Assembly: GCF_018398935.1 (NCBI RefSeq)
Contig: NZ_CP074694.1
Location: forward strand, 2,070,001-2,102,000
Origin: Telmatocola sphagniphila
GTDB taxonomy: Bacteria; Planctomycetota; Planctomycetia; Gemmatales; Gemmataceae
Direction of reading: 5' to 3'
Length of the DNA: 32,000 nucleotides
Under the pieces are notes generated by a model, which worked only from the letters and a program-made list of their open reading frames with translations, was not told the DNA's origin and did no database searches. Position numbers and translations under genes: made by a program. Of the stretch, positions 16,863-25,964 are shown in pieces (position 1 is the stretch's first letter; each line of letters opens with the position of its first letter).

Positions 16863-17054
16863 GTTAGAGTCACGGATCAAGTGCACCAGGCACTCGGAGG
16901 CCAGATAATCTGGCGACGCATCATCCGTTACCTTTAGCCGTGCACAAAGGGTAGCGAAATCCTGGCCCAATGCCCCATCAATGTTCGCTTCAATCCGACG
17001 TGGGCGAGTATAAAGCTTGCCCGTCCTGGTAAGCTTGGTAAGCGGTTGTGCCAT
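16863..17054 (-). pseudogene. Hypothetical gene truncated at its 3' side by the IS right end
   Basis: ATG at 17054 has GAGG 7 nt upstream. MAQPLTKLTRTGKLYTRPRRIEANIDGALGQDFATLCARLKVTDDASPDYLASECLVHLIRD then reads directly into the IS inverted repeat. I do not recognise a function. Confidence 0.3.
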
Positions 17055-17263
17055 ACGAATACCTCGCATCATGCTGTTACGCTCGTTCAGATGTCCCGTC
17101 CGATGCTCTTTGGGTTAATCGCTCGGAGGCCCTCAACCCGGAAAGGGAATTTCAAAAAAAAACACCCGGCAAGATTCATTCATCCTTATCACATGGTTAG
17201 CCCAGTGTCTTTCCGTAATTCTCGACACGCCAATAACTTCCGGCAAGGGACTTCATCGTCGCC

Positions 17264-18733
17264 TTATCCCAAGCCCTGCGTGAGATCGTTCAAATCCTGC
17301 GGGATGATGCCGTGGCCGGTCAACACAGCTCGTTGATCCGCGTCCAATACTGGTGAGATGCCGACGTACTGGTGAGACCAGCCCTGGTATTTCGGCATTG
17401 TCTGAAGGAATCGTGCGACATGCTGCTTGAAGTTGTTCACGTCGGATATGAGCTTGCCCGGTGAACGCTTGCAGGAACCAAATCGAATTGTTTCAGTCGT
17501 CTCATTGACAGCGACCAGGTCAATTTCGGTGTCCGCCTTATCCCAGAAACCTTGAACTCGATGGGTAATGGGAAAATCGCCTATCCCATTGCGACTCCGT
17601 TCCTCATAAAGCTGGCCCGCCAGTTTCTCCAGGGAACCACCTTCGACATCTGCCAGGCGCAGGTCGGCTTCATCTACGAGTTCCTGGAGCTGCCGAAACG
17701 CTATCGCGGATACCGGATTGGCCAACGCCGCTAGCCATGAACGGAGGAAATTGTCGGTGACATAGTAACGACTGCGCTTTGCTTCCGGTTTTGCGAACAC
17801 GGGCAACTTGCGTTCGATCAACCCAAATCGCTCAATAAGAACCTTCAGGTAGCCGCCCACTTGGGTATCAGGATTTCCGCTGGCGTCCCGAATGGCTTGC
17901 ACAAGTTCGTTGTGCATGCGCCCCGGATTTCGAGCCACGAACTTCAATACCACGTCGTATCGCCCCCGAAGTTCACGCAGGAACCAGTTCTCGGCTTCCG
18001 ACCGGAGAGGTGAGGAACTCTCGAAGAAAATGCGGCGGAGTATCGTCTTGCGGTCAGCGGCAAGTACATTCTGTTCGTAGCAGTCCCGATAGAACTTCGG
18101 TACTCCCTCGAAGAGGTTCCAAAGAAACAACAGGCGCTGCGGGCTCGGCTCTGCATGATCTTTGAGGATGGACAGAATCGAGCCGATGTCGAGATGCGTC
18201 AGGTTGATCGTGTCCGTGACTCGGTTGTAGAGAGGTGCCGTCCGATCTTCGAGCAGGGCCACCATCTCGATGTGGATCGATCCGAGGACGATCAGCCCGC
18301 CCCGCACCTGATCCGCCTTTGCCGCCAATCGGTCCACACTTGCTTGCAAATACGAGCAAAACTGCTCATAGCCCTTGCGATTGAAGTACTGGAATTCATC
18401 GAGAACCAGTATGAAGCCACCTTCAGCCATCGACTCCAGGAGCTTCGCCAGTTGCAACAGGTCATTGGGCCGGGGATACTGGTCAGCGGGAATGTGGAAC
18501 GTCTCCAGGGCGTCATTCACCGCCGAAAGAACGCCGGTCGGCTCGGAGTCGGGAATCTGCACGTAGAAGACCGGCTGTTTGCTTTTGATCTCCTGCATGG
18601 CCTGCTGGATCAGGGTCGTCTTGCCGATTCGGCGCCGCCCCGTCACTTTGGCGAAGAACCAGCGTTTACGGTCGAGCATCCGCTCCAAATCCGCGAGCTG
18701 TTCCTTTCGACCGTAAAACTTCCAGTCGGCCAT
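17264..18733 (-). CDS. AAA-type ATPase of the 'archaeal ATPase'/DUF234 class, with a C-terminal restriction-endonuclease-like module
   Basis: FYGRKEQLADLERML...VTGRRRIGKTTLIQ is Walker A with the family's typical N-terminus, and FILVLDEFQY is Walker B. The C-terminal DTEIDLVAVNETTETIRFGSCKRS resembles the DUF234 'EID....(E)CK' nuclease-fold motif. AGGAGA lies upstream of the ATG at 18733. Confidence 0.85.
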   Translation of the reverse strand: MADWKFYGRKEQLADLERMLDRKRWFFAKVTGRRRIGKTTLIQQAMQEIKSKQPVFYVQIPDSEPTGVLSAVNDALETFHIPADQYPRPNDLLQLAKLLESMAEGGFILVLDEFQYFNRKGYEQFCSYLQASVDRLAAKADQVRGGLIVLGSIHIEMVALLEDRTAPLYNRVTDTINLTHLDIGSILSILKDHAEPSPQRLLFLWNLFEGVPKFYRDCYEQNVLAADRKTILRRIFFESSSPLRSEAENWFLRELRGRYDVVLKFVARNPGRMHNELVQAIRDASGNPDTQVGGYLKVLIERFGLIERKLPVFAKPEAKRSRYYVTDNFLRSWLAALANPVSAIAFRQLQELVDEADLRLADVEGGSLEKLAGQLYEERSRNGIGDFPITHRVQGFWDKADTEIDLVAVNETTETIRFGSCKRSPGKLISDVNNFKQHVARFLQTMPKYQGWSHQYVGISPVLDADQRAVLTGHGIIPQDLNDLTQGLG

Positions 18734-18922
18734 GCCATTCTCCTGAGATAAAGCCGCTTTACCAAAATAAGATAAAACTACTTTACCTTACGCCGCATCG
18801 CATGGCAAGTCCTTTCTATTGAGGATGTTACGGGATTGTCGTGCAAGGAAAAAACCGCCGTATCCCGGCTTCCCAGCCCCGGATGCCGGCGATAAAAAGT
18901 TCAATAGTGACTGTGAATGAAA

Positions 18923-19528
18923 TCAAGAAATAATTGCAACATTTGAATGTTGCCAGAGCTCCTTTTTCTGAACCATTGCATTGATGATTATTAGTAATTT
19001 GTGAGCGACAGCCACCAGCGCGACTTTTGCGGTTTTGCCTCTTACACGCAGCCGTTTGTATAGAGCCCTGGCAGTTGGGTTGTATCGTGCAGCACTCAAA
19101 GAAGCCCTATACATCGCATTACGAACCTGCCTACGTCCCCCTACTGTGTGTCGTTGACCGATGGTAGTTCCACTATCGTTTGCAATGGGAGCAAGTCCTA
19201 CCAACTGCGCGATGACTTTCCGATTGACTTGTCCCAGTTCGGGAAGTTGGCCGATCAGGATCCTAGATGTTTGGGGTCCTATCTCGGGAATCGACTGGAT
19301 GATTCGGTCTAATTCCTTCCATTGCGGGTTTTCGGAAATTCGTTGATCGATCTCCTTTTCGATGGCGTTTATTTCCCGATTGATCCAGTTGATATGCTTC
19401 TTAATGCTTGTGATGGCCTGCTTTAGGACTACCGTTGCTAAACGGTTCGATTCCATAGTCTTCATGTTCATTAATTGCTCCCGACGGTCGAGCAAATCAC
19501 GAAAGAGCCTGATTTCTTCGGTTGGCAA
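18923..19528 (-). pseudogene. IS110-family transposase, C-terminal half only
   Basis: IPEIGPQTSRILIGQLPELGQVNRKVIAQLVGLAPIANDSGTTIGQRHTVGGRRQVRNAMYRASLSAARYNPTARALYKRLRVRGKTAKVALVAVAHKLL matches the IS116/IS110/IS902 C-terminal domain. No N-terminal DEDD catalytic domain lies upstream. Confidence 0.8.
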
Positions 19529-19652
19529 CGGAATGATTGTTTCCCGGGATTACCCTGCACGACCTCCAGAACAAGGGCTGATCCTTCTTTTGAAACCACG
19601 CGCTGTCCCAAATTATTAAAATCAGGCCAACCAAGAGTCGAATCTTTTTGAG

Positions 19653-20258
19653 TTAAACGCAATAGCACGCGGCTTGCAGAACGCGGACTGGGAAGTCGGA
19701 TACGAAAGTGCGATATGCAACGACATCTCCTTTGTCCTTAAGTTTTTGGAGGCATAAATTCCGAGCTGCTTCTGGGCCTTGGAGCCGTTCTCCAAATGGA
19801 ATTTTTCGAGTATAGTCTTTCTCTCCCGTGCGAGTGAGTACTGTCAACTCTTTGGTACCGATTTGCCCCTCGACGACAGTTTTTTGTTTCGAACTGGTGA
19901 TTTCAGCCCGAAACCGGGAGAAATCAAGTTCCTTCGTTTCGTCGCTCTGCGATTTACCTCTGATCTCGACCTTGTTACCCAATCGATTAGTAACGATCAC
20001 GACTTCCATAGTGCTATGGTGAGCACCCGCTTCCGTTCTCACGAGCGTCTCGTGGATATACCCTACCGGACTACCGGCAATCTTGTAGCTGCACCAAGTT
20101 TCAGACACGGTTTTGGATGCTTTTGCGCGTGTTGTCTCTCTTTCCTGGGCTTGAAGTGGTTCCGCAGAGCCCAAACAACCAATTAGACAGGCAAATACGA
20201 GAACTGAAAATACGATTGTTCGACGCCGTCGAACGACGAGAAACGATTCTTTTCGCAT
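19653..20258 (-). CDS. Putative lipoprotein of unknown function, possibly 3'-truncated
   Basis: The signal peptide has the lipobox LIGC (MRKESFLVVRRRRTIVFSVLVFACLIGC). The ORF ends abruptly next to the truncated IS110 fragment. Confidence 0.5.
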   Translation of the reverse strand: MRKESFLVVRRRRTIVFSVLVFACLIGCLGSAEPLQAQERETTRAKASKTVSETWCSYKIAGSPVGYIHETLVRTEAGAHHSTMEVVIVTNRLGNKVEIRGKSQSDETKELDFSRFRAEITSSKQKTVVEGQIGTKELTVLTRTGEKDYTRKIPFGERLQGPEAARNLCLQKLKDKGDVVAYRTFVSDFPVRVLQAACYCV

Positions 20259-20596
20259 GATTTAATGCTCTCCGATAAAATTCGCGGAAAAGTGCCCGCT
20301 TTAGATTGAGCCACGACGCGACTCGTTATCGAAAAGATAACTGCGACGCGAGGCATTTCCTATCGGTAGCTCGCTAGGTTTTATTGTGGGCAGTACGTCT
20401 GATCTGCAAATCCGATTTTAGGTAGAGAATGGTCTCTATCTTTCGGTAGAGGTGGACTTCTGCATTCGAACTACCCTCATCAGTTTCTTAGCCTAACTCG
20501 GTGTCCGTTATTCGTGGGGGAGTCCAAATAGCTCAAGTAAGTGCTGATTTTCCTTGCGGACGTTTGTTAGTCATGTTGACACAATGGGTTCGTTTT

Positions 20597-20749
20597 TCAC
20601 TTTATTTTCTCTTGAATTACGCGGCTCACTTTCGATTGTATTCGTTTGAGTATGCGCCGCACTGCAGGTTCGAAGCATCCCATTTTTTCAGCCGCCTCTT
20701 CATTTGTGTGTTGCTGAAGTTTGATTTCGACTAGCTTTCCATCACTCAT
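20597..20749 (-). pseudogene. Sigma-70 region-4-like HTH fragment (50 codons), probable remnant of an ECF sigma gene
   Basis: My own minus-strand translation is MSDGKLVEIKLQQHTNEEAAEKMGCFEPAVRRILKRIQSKVSRVIQEKIK. The segment L...G.TNEE.AEK.GC....V.R.L..IR is the region-4 HTH pattern of planctomycete-type ECF sigma factors. It is shorter than the ORF-track cutoff. Confidence 0.4.
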
Positions 20750-21112
20750 CTAATTTGGGATAGAGCGATTTCAGTTTATTCCGGGCGTCATCAGTGCGGA
20801 ACTGCCAGTTTACACCGCGTTGTTTCGAATTGGAGGCCTGGGACCACGCGGCGGTTTCGCATACCGCGTCCGAATCAAGTCGGCCAACTCGTTCGCCCAG
20901 TCGGCCTTCGTCCGTCGTGGCCGGGCCGTCACCCGACGCCAACCCGACTTCGGTTCGCAGAACACGAACAGACTCGCCGCTTTGGCCCGCTCGTATTCGT
21001 AATCGATCCGCTTCGGATGCGTCCGCGTCGCCGGGATCGGCTTATGGGTCTCGTTCAACAATTGCACCGGTTGCTCGTCCACCGTAATAGCATAGCTCAC
21101 TACGTGTATCAT
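20742..21112 (-). pseudogene. IS630-family transposase remnant (N-terminus missing, large internal deletion and frame change)
   Basis: The ORF at 20810-21112 contains VDEQPVQLLNETHKPIPATRTHPKRIDYEYERAKAASLFVFCEPKSGWRRVTARPRRTKADWANELADLIRTRYA (the DEKP.QL...DYEY.R.G pattern). The ORF at 20742-20942 ends ...AAWSQASNSKQRGVNWQFRTDDARNKLKSLYPKLDE (the family C-terminus). The DDE core between these two pieces is absent. Confidence 0.7.
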
Positions 21113-21120
21113 TTAACGGA

Positions 21121-24100
21121 CTATTTCTTCTCCAACTCTTTGGCCTTCAGATCGGTTATGAGTTTTTTAAAATCGTCTCGGGCGCGTAGGGAGTCGAAAT
21201 CCTTTTCTCGAGCAAGCTCCGTAGCGTTCCGGTATCCAGCTGCAACCGCTTCCTTTAACCATGCCATGGCTTTATCGGAGTCCGTACGAGCCTGGACGGC
21301 AAGCTCCTCACTAGGAGTAGTGGCAAGCAGCGACTTCTGGCAGACGGCACGGAATCGGGCCGCTTGGTATAGACTCGATGCATCTTTGCGTTTTAATTGC
21401 TCCCACATCTCGGCTGTAGCCCGACAACCCGCCACATCCTTCAACTTCTCACAAGACCGTAGCCTGGTGAATAGCACTTTCGGAATCAGGTGACACTCGA
21501 CGATTTTTCCCGCGGTTCTCTGGAGGCATTCGTCAAGCAATCGCAAGGCTTCCTGACCACGGTTTAAGGCAACTAGACTCTCAGCAACTCCCTGCATACT
21601 TCGTAACGTGTCCGGATGATCAGGACCGAATTTCACCTTCCGGAGGGCCCATGTTTCTTCATGGAGCTTAAGTGCTGCGGCGAACCGATTGGTATCTAGA
21701 TAGCTGCAGGCCAGACAATACATGCTGTCCAGTGTTTCGGGATGTTCGGGACCGAGCTTGGATTTTCGCAAGTTTAGCGTCTCTTCGCGAAGTTTCAGAG
21801 CCTCGGCGTGACGACCCAAAGAAGCGTAACTCTTGGCCAACTCATTGCAACTCCACAATGTGAGTGGATGGTCAACTCCAAACCTGGCCTTCCAAAGCAT
21901 TAGAGTTTCTTCGCGTAATTTTAGGGCTTCGGTATGTCGATCAAGATCGGCATAGCTACTGGCCAACGCACTCATGTTCCAAAATGTCTCGGGATGGCTG
22001 GGGCCGAGTTTGGCTTGGCATAGCGCCAGAGTTTCCTCGCGTAACCGAAGCGCATCTGAGTGTCTCCCTAGAAAGGCGTAACAACTGGCCAGATCACCTC
22101 TGGTGTACAGCGTAAGGCGGTGGTAAGGACCTAGCTGGAGGATTTTCACACGCAGAAGTTCTTCGTTGCGACTCAGCGCCTCATCGTAACGACCGACTGC
22201 TTGATAATTCCAGTTGAGGGCTCCCATACAAGCAAGAGTACGCAGATCGACAGACCCTAATTTGACTTTCTGCAATGCCAAGGTCTCTTCCAAAAGCTTG
22301 ATCGCCTCCGGATAACGTCCAAGAGAACCTAAGCAGCCTGCGACACCAGCCATGCTATTGAGCGTTTCGGGGTCGTCAGGTCCAAGTTTGGACTGTCGTA
22401 ATGCTAATAGTTCTCGATGAAGCTTCAGCGCATCCTCAAAACGACCAAGTCCTAAATAGCATTCCGCCAAAACGAACATACTCCAAAGTGTGTTCGCATG
22501 CTCGGGACCTAGCTTTACTTTTTGGAGAACTAACGTCTCTTCCTCAAGCGTACAAGCCTCTTTGTACCGGCCCAGGTCGAAATAAATGTCGGCGAGTTTA
22601 CTCATGCACTCCAAGGTGTCCGGGTGGTCGAGACCCAAATTTTCGCTCAGTAGCGTCCTTGCCCGTTGATACTGCTCGGCCGCGATTTTTGATCGGTCCA
22701 GCGAGCCAAAGGAACTCCCCAAAGTCATACGCAAATGGGCTTCGATGAGTGGCTGCTTGGAAAATCGTTCCCTGACGGAAGGTAAGGCCGCTTCCAGTGC
22801 CTCGGTTAAAAGCACCTCATGTCCTAGGCCGCCATCCAGCCCCTCCGGGCGAGCCGCCGCAAAAACTTTTTCCTCGAGGAAACTGAGAATTGTCTTACTT
22901 TTCTCCGCCTCTTCATTGGTTCGCTGCTGCTCTTCCTCTACCTCGGCTAAGCTATGGCGGGCCAACCCTTCCGCCACCTGAGCCCGCATCAGGGCCAGAG
23001 AGGTGCCGGTCATTCCAGCCAGCAGGGCGAATAACACCAGGGCAGCTACAATCACAGGCCTCTTGTTTCGCTTGAGGAACTTCTTGAAACGATACGTGGT
23101 TTTCGGGGGGCAAGCGAGCACAGTATCACCTGCCAAGTAACGCTGGATGTCCAGGCCGAAGCCATTGGCAGTTTCATAGCGTCTGTTCCGATCTTTCTCG
23201 ATGGATCTCATAACAATCCAATCGAGTTCGCCCCGTATCTGCTTCGTCAATTTCGACGGGTCCATTTGCCGCTGGGCGGAGATATTCGGCAAGGCCTCAT
23301 CCGTGGAAAGTCGCGTGCTCGGCTTCGGAGGCTCCTCCTCCCGAACCAGACGAAGCATCTCCAGCAGCGCCTGGTGTTTCAGGCTCTTGCGGTTCAGCGG
23401 TGTACTACCGGTAAGCAGTTCATAGAGCAAGACGCCGAGGGCGTAGATGTCGCTGCGAGTGTCGATGTCCTGGTTGTTGAGTTCCGCCTGCTCGGGGCTC
23501 ATGTACTCCAGCGTGCCTATGATCGCGCCGAACTCGGTGTACATCGTCTTATCGGTGAGTCGTTGACCGGTCGCTTTCGCGACCCCAAAGTCGATGACTT
23601 TCACGACCGGATGGCCGTCATAAGGGGCCACCAGAACATTGCTGGGTTTGATATCGCGGTGAATGATCCCTTTCTGATGGGCGTGCTGGATGGCCGCACA
23701 GACTGCAACGAACAGTTCGAGACGCTGTTTCAGCGACACGCGATGTTCGTCGCAATAGTGCGTGATCGGCGTGCCTTTCACCAGCTCCATTACGAAGAAG
23801 GGGCGATTGCCGCTAAGCCCGGCGTCGAAGATGCGAGCGATGTTCGGATGGTCCATCAAGGCCAGGGCTTGACGCTCGGCCTCGAATCGGGCGATGACTT
23901 GGGCGGAATCCATGCCTTCCTTCACCAGTTTGATCGCGACCATCCTGCGGACCGGTTCTTGTTGCTCCGCCATCCAAACGGTGCCCATCCCGCCTTCGCC
24001 GATCTTTTGCAACAATTTATACGGGCCAATCAGGGTCCCAGGCTTGTCCGCTGCCTCCGTTTTCAGCTTATCCGGAGCAATCCAGTTACCCGCGGGCATT

Positions 24101-24288
24101 TCAACGGTGGCTTCAATGCGAGCAGCGGGTTGTTCCAGAAAGCCCGTGTCACTCTCTTGGAGATGAAGAAGTTCCTCGATCTGCTTGCGCAGTTCCATAT
24201 TGTGGCCGCAGGCCTCATCGAGGTATGCCGCCCGTTCGGTGGCCGTCTTTTTTTTCAGGGCCGTCGCAAAAATGAGGCTTTCGTTCAT
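21121..24288 (-). CDS. Ser/Thr protein kinase with one TM helix and a long TPR array (1055 aa)
   Basis: The start MNESLIFATALKKKTATERAAYLDEACGHNMELRKQIEELL is an N-terminal motif typical of sigma-associated kinases, and AGGAAG lies upstream of the ATG at 24288. Kinase motifs are GEGGMGTVWMA, AIK, HRDIKPSNVLV, DFG and YMSPEQ. The TM segment is PVIVAALVLFALLAGMTGTSLAL. It is followed by about ten KLC-like TPR units (LGPDHPDTL.SM..LA). Confidence 0.9.
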   Translation of the reverse strand: MNESLIFATALKKKTATERAAYLDEACGHNMELRKQIEELLHLQESDTGFLEQPAARIEATVEMPAGNWIAPDKLKTEAADKPGTLIGPYKLLQKIGEGGMGTVWMAEQQEPVRRMVAIKLVKEGMDSAQVIARFEAERQALALMDHPNIARIFDAGLSGNRPFFVMELVKGTPITHYCDEHRVSLKQRLELFVAVCAAIQHAHQKGIIHRDIKPSNVLVAPYDGHPVVKVIDFGVAKATGQRLTDKTMYTEFGAIIGTLEYMSPEQAELNNQDIDTRSDIYALGVLLYELLTGSTPLNRKSLKHQALLEMLRLVREEEPPKPSTRLSTDEALPNISAQRQMDPSKLTKQIRGELDWIVMRSIEKDRNRRYETANGFGLDIQRYLAGDTVLACPPKTTYRFKKFLKRNKRPVIVAALVLFALLAGMTGTSLALMRAQVAEGLARHSLAEVEEEQQRTNEEAEKSKTILSFLEEKVFAAARPEGLDGGLGHEVLLTEALEAALPSVRERFSKQPLIEAHLRMTLGSSFGSLDRSKIAAEQYQRARTLLSENLGLDHPDTLECMSKLADIYFDLGRYKEACTLEEETLVLQKVKLGPEHANTLWSMFVLAECYLGLGRFEDALKLHRELLALRQSKLGPDDPETLNSMAGVAGCLGSLGRYPEAIKLLEETLALQKVKLGSVDLRTLACMGALNWNYQAVGRYDEALSRNEELLRVKILQLGPYHRLTLYTRGDLASCYAFLGRHSDALRLREETLALCQAKLGPSHPETFWNMSALASSYADLDRHTEALKLREETLMLWKARFGVDHPLTLWSCNELAKSYASLGRHAEALKLREETLNLRKSKLGPEHPETLDSMYCLACSYLDTNRFAAALKLHEETWALRKVKFGPDHPDTLRSMQGVAESLVALNRGQEALRLLDECLQRTAGKIVECHLIPKVLFTRLRSCEKLKDVAGCRATAEMWEQLKRKDASSLYQAARFRAVCQKSLLATTPSEELAVQARTDSDKAMAWLKEAVAAGYRNATELAREKDFDSLRARDDFKKLITDLKAKELEKK

Positions 24289-24382
24289 GGTAGACTTCCT
24301 TATTCCTGGAGTCGCCAATTCATTTTTTCTCTCTAATCCCAATGCGCCAAATCCGGGGAAAACCCCCGGAAGAATTTAGTAA

Positions 24383-24943
24383 TTATTTCGCTTCGCGCTG
24401 CATGTCCCGTTTCAACCACACTTTAGCGTAAGTCCAATCTTCCTCGGCGGTTGATAAAGAGATGCTTAAAATCGCGGCGGCTTCAGCCAAAGTGCAGCCA
24501 GCAAAATAACGCAGTTTTACCAGTTGGGATTTTCGAAACGATTTGGCTTCTAGTCTTTCCAGACTCTCATTCAAAGCGAGTATGTCAATCGCTTCGACCG
24601 GGGCTTTGATCGAAGGTTCGTGTTGCTCAAGTTCCTTCTGTTGAAGTTGGCCGCCTCGCTTCAGGCGACTTTTGCTACGAGCTTTTTCGACGAGAATCCG
24701 CCGCATCGCTTCCGCAGCGGCAGCAAAGAAATGACCGCGTCCTTCAAAATGCTGGTCGCCGACCAATCTGAGATAGGCTTCGTGTACTAAAGCCGTGGCT
24801 TCCAAGGTCTGCCCGGGCGTTTCCAACGCCATTCTTGCAGCGGCGAGTTTCCGAAGTTCTTCGTAAACCAGGGGTAGCAACTCCGCTGCCGCCTGATTAT
24901 TTCCACGATGAGCTGCCACCAGTAATTGAGTCAGATCGGACAT
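24383..24943 (-). CDS. ECF-type RNA polymerase sigma factor (planctomycete Sigma70_ECF type), 186 aa
   Basis: MSDLTQLLVAAHRGNNQAAAELLPLVYEELRKLAAARM...TLEATALVHEAYLRLV gives region 2. QLVKLRYFAGCTLAEAAAILSISLSTAEEDWTYAKVWLKRDM gives region 4. It lies 94 bp upstream of, and on the same strand as, the kinase-TPR gene. Confidence 0.85.
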   Translation of the reverse strand: MSDLTQLLVAAHRGNNQAAAELLPLVYEELRKLAAARMALETPGQTLEATALVHEAYLRLVGDQHFEGRGHFFAAAAEAMRRILVEKARSKSRLKRGGQLQQKELEQHEPSIKAPVEAIDILALNESLERLEAKSFRKSQLVKLRYFAGCTLAEAAAILSISLSTAEEDWTYAKVWLKRDMQREAK

Positions 24944-25140
24944 AAAGGAATAGTCTATCTCCCAGAAATTAGACTGCCATCCATTGCCTATTTTCAACTG
25001 TCGGACGTAGTTCAGTAGAAGCTAACACGACTACTAACGCACCGTCAGCCCGCGAGAGACAAATAGGTCGCTCAAAAAATGGACTTCCCCACTAAAAACG
25101 GACACCGAGTTAAGCTGATAAGCTAACTTCGGAGGTTCGG

Positions 25141-25389
25141 ATGGAGAAGTTGAAGGTCAAGCGTCGTCGTAAGCGGTATTCTGCCGAGTACAAGAAAGCC
25201 GCCGTAGAGTTGGTGACTGTAACAGGTCAGTCTCCCGCAGAAGCGGCCAAGTCGCTGGGTGTTACCTCGCAGACGATAAAGAGGTGGATCGACGAACTCA
25301 CCAAGCTCGGCGAGAAGGCCTCCCAACGCAAAACTGCGAAGCTGCCTGGGCACAATCACCTGGAAGACCATCGCCGCCTAATGCGATGA
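25141..25389 (+). pseudogene. IS3-family transposase OrfA (HTH) remnant; no OrfB follows
   Basis: KRRRKRYSAEYKKAAVELVTVTGQSPAEAAKSLGVTSQTIKRWIDEL is the IS3/IS911 OrfA HTH pattern. No leucine-zipper/frameshift region or DDE OrfB lies downstream. The 3' end collides with a convergent gene fragment. Confidence 0.65.
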
Positions 25390-25683
25390 ACCGTGCAGGG
25401 AAGCTGATCGTAGTAGCGAAATCCGGTAATCGATCCCCTGATGCTTCATCAGCGCGTCGATCCATCGTACGGGATCGGGGGCACCATTGATTCGGTCTTC
25501 TGGTCGAAGAATCAGATAAAAACCATGACGTGGATTAGCCAAGCGATGCTTCTTGATTAACCGCGTGATCGAGGCCGCAAGCGTTCCGTTTTTCAGGTCG
25601 AGCGCCGACTCCACTTCCTCACGGGAGAAGTTGGCACGACCGTGAATCAACCGGCCCTCAACAAATTGTTCGATCCTCCTCAT
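25378..25683 (-). pseudogene. AbiEi-type (type IV toxin-antitoxin antitoxin / COG5340-like) N-terminal fragment
   Basis: MRRIEQFVEGRLIHGRANFSREEVESAL...ITRLIKKHRLANPRHGFYLIL...PDPVRWIDALMKHQGIDYRISLLRSASLHGSSH fits the wHTH plus 'YY.gLLsAA.lHGa.HQ' pattern of AbiEi antitoxins. The frame stops where the IS3 remnant begins, and no AbiEii toxin gene is present. Confidence 0.5.
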
Positions 25684-25912
25684 TCCCAAATCACATACGA
25701 AAATCGACATTATTACAAGATTTTTGCAGATGAATTGGGAATATCTTGGAATGACAATGCGTTAGCCGACCTGGTCAAAAACCATGTCCAAGGTTTACGC
25801 ATGGCTATTTTATGGGTAAAATGCCGTTCAAGGTGCTTTGAAGTTGTCCAAAAATTGAGATGAGAAACGTTCTCGATAGACAAGAAAAACTGAAATTTGC
25901 AATACGGCGAGT

Positions 25913-25952
25913 GGAATTCCCTCAAAAATCGAGGATCTATCGCATTCAACTC
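25913..25952 (+). repeat. 40-bp leader motif, copy 1 (immediately upstream of the DUF1559 gene)
   Basis: GGAATTCCCTCAAAAATCGAGGATCTATCGCATTCAACTC aligns with 26750-26789 GGAATCACCTAAAAAATCGAAGCTCTTTCGCATTCAAGTC. About 33 of 40 positions are identical by hand alignment. Confidence 0.6.
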
Positions 25953-25964
25953 GAGGTTCATTTT

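Noticed and set aside
14971-16874. Wider IS boundaries based on CTCACTCCTAACC (14971-14983) and GGTTAGAGTCACG (16862-16874) looking like an extra inverted pair
   Set aside because: The match is only ~9-10 nt with an indel. It is separated from the strong inverted repeat by 15 unmatched nt on the left side only. It could be chance, so I kept the boundaries at the 39-43-bp repeat.
23266-24336. 356-aa plus-strand ORF
   Set aside because: It is entirely antisense to the kinase domain of the kinase-TPR gene, whose motifs are unambiguous. It has no recognisable motifs of its own.
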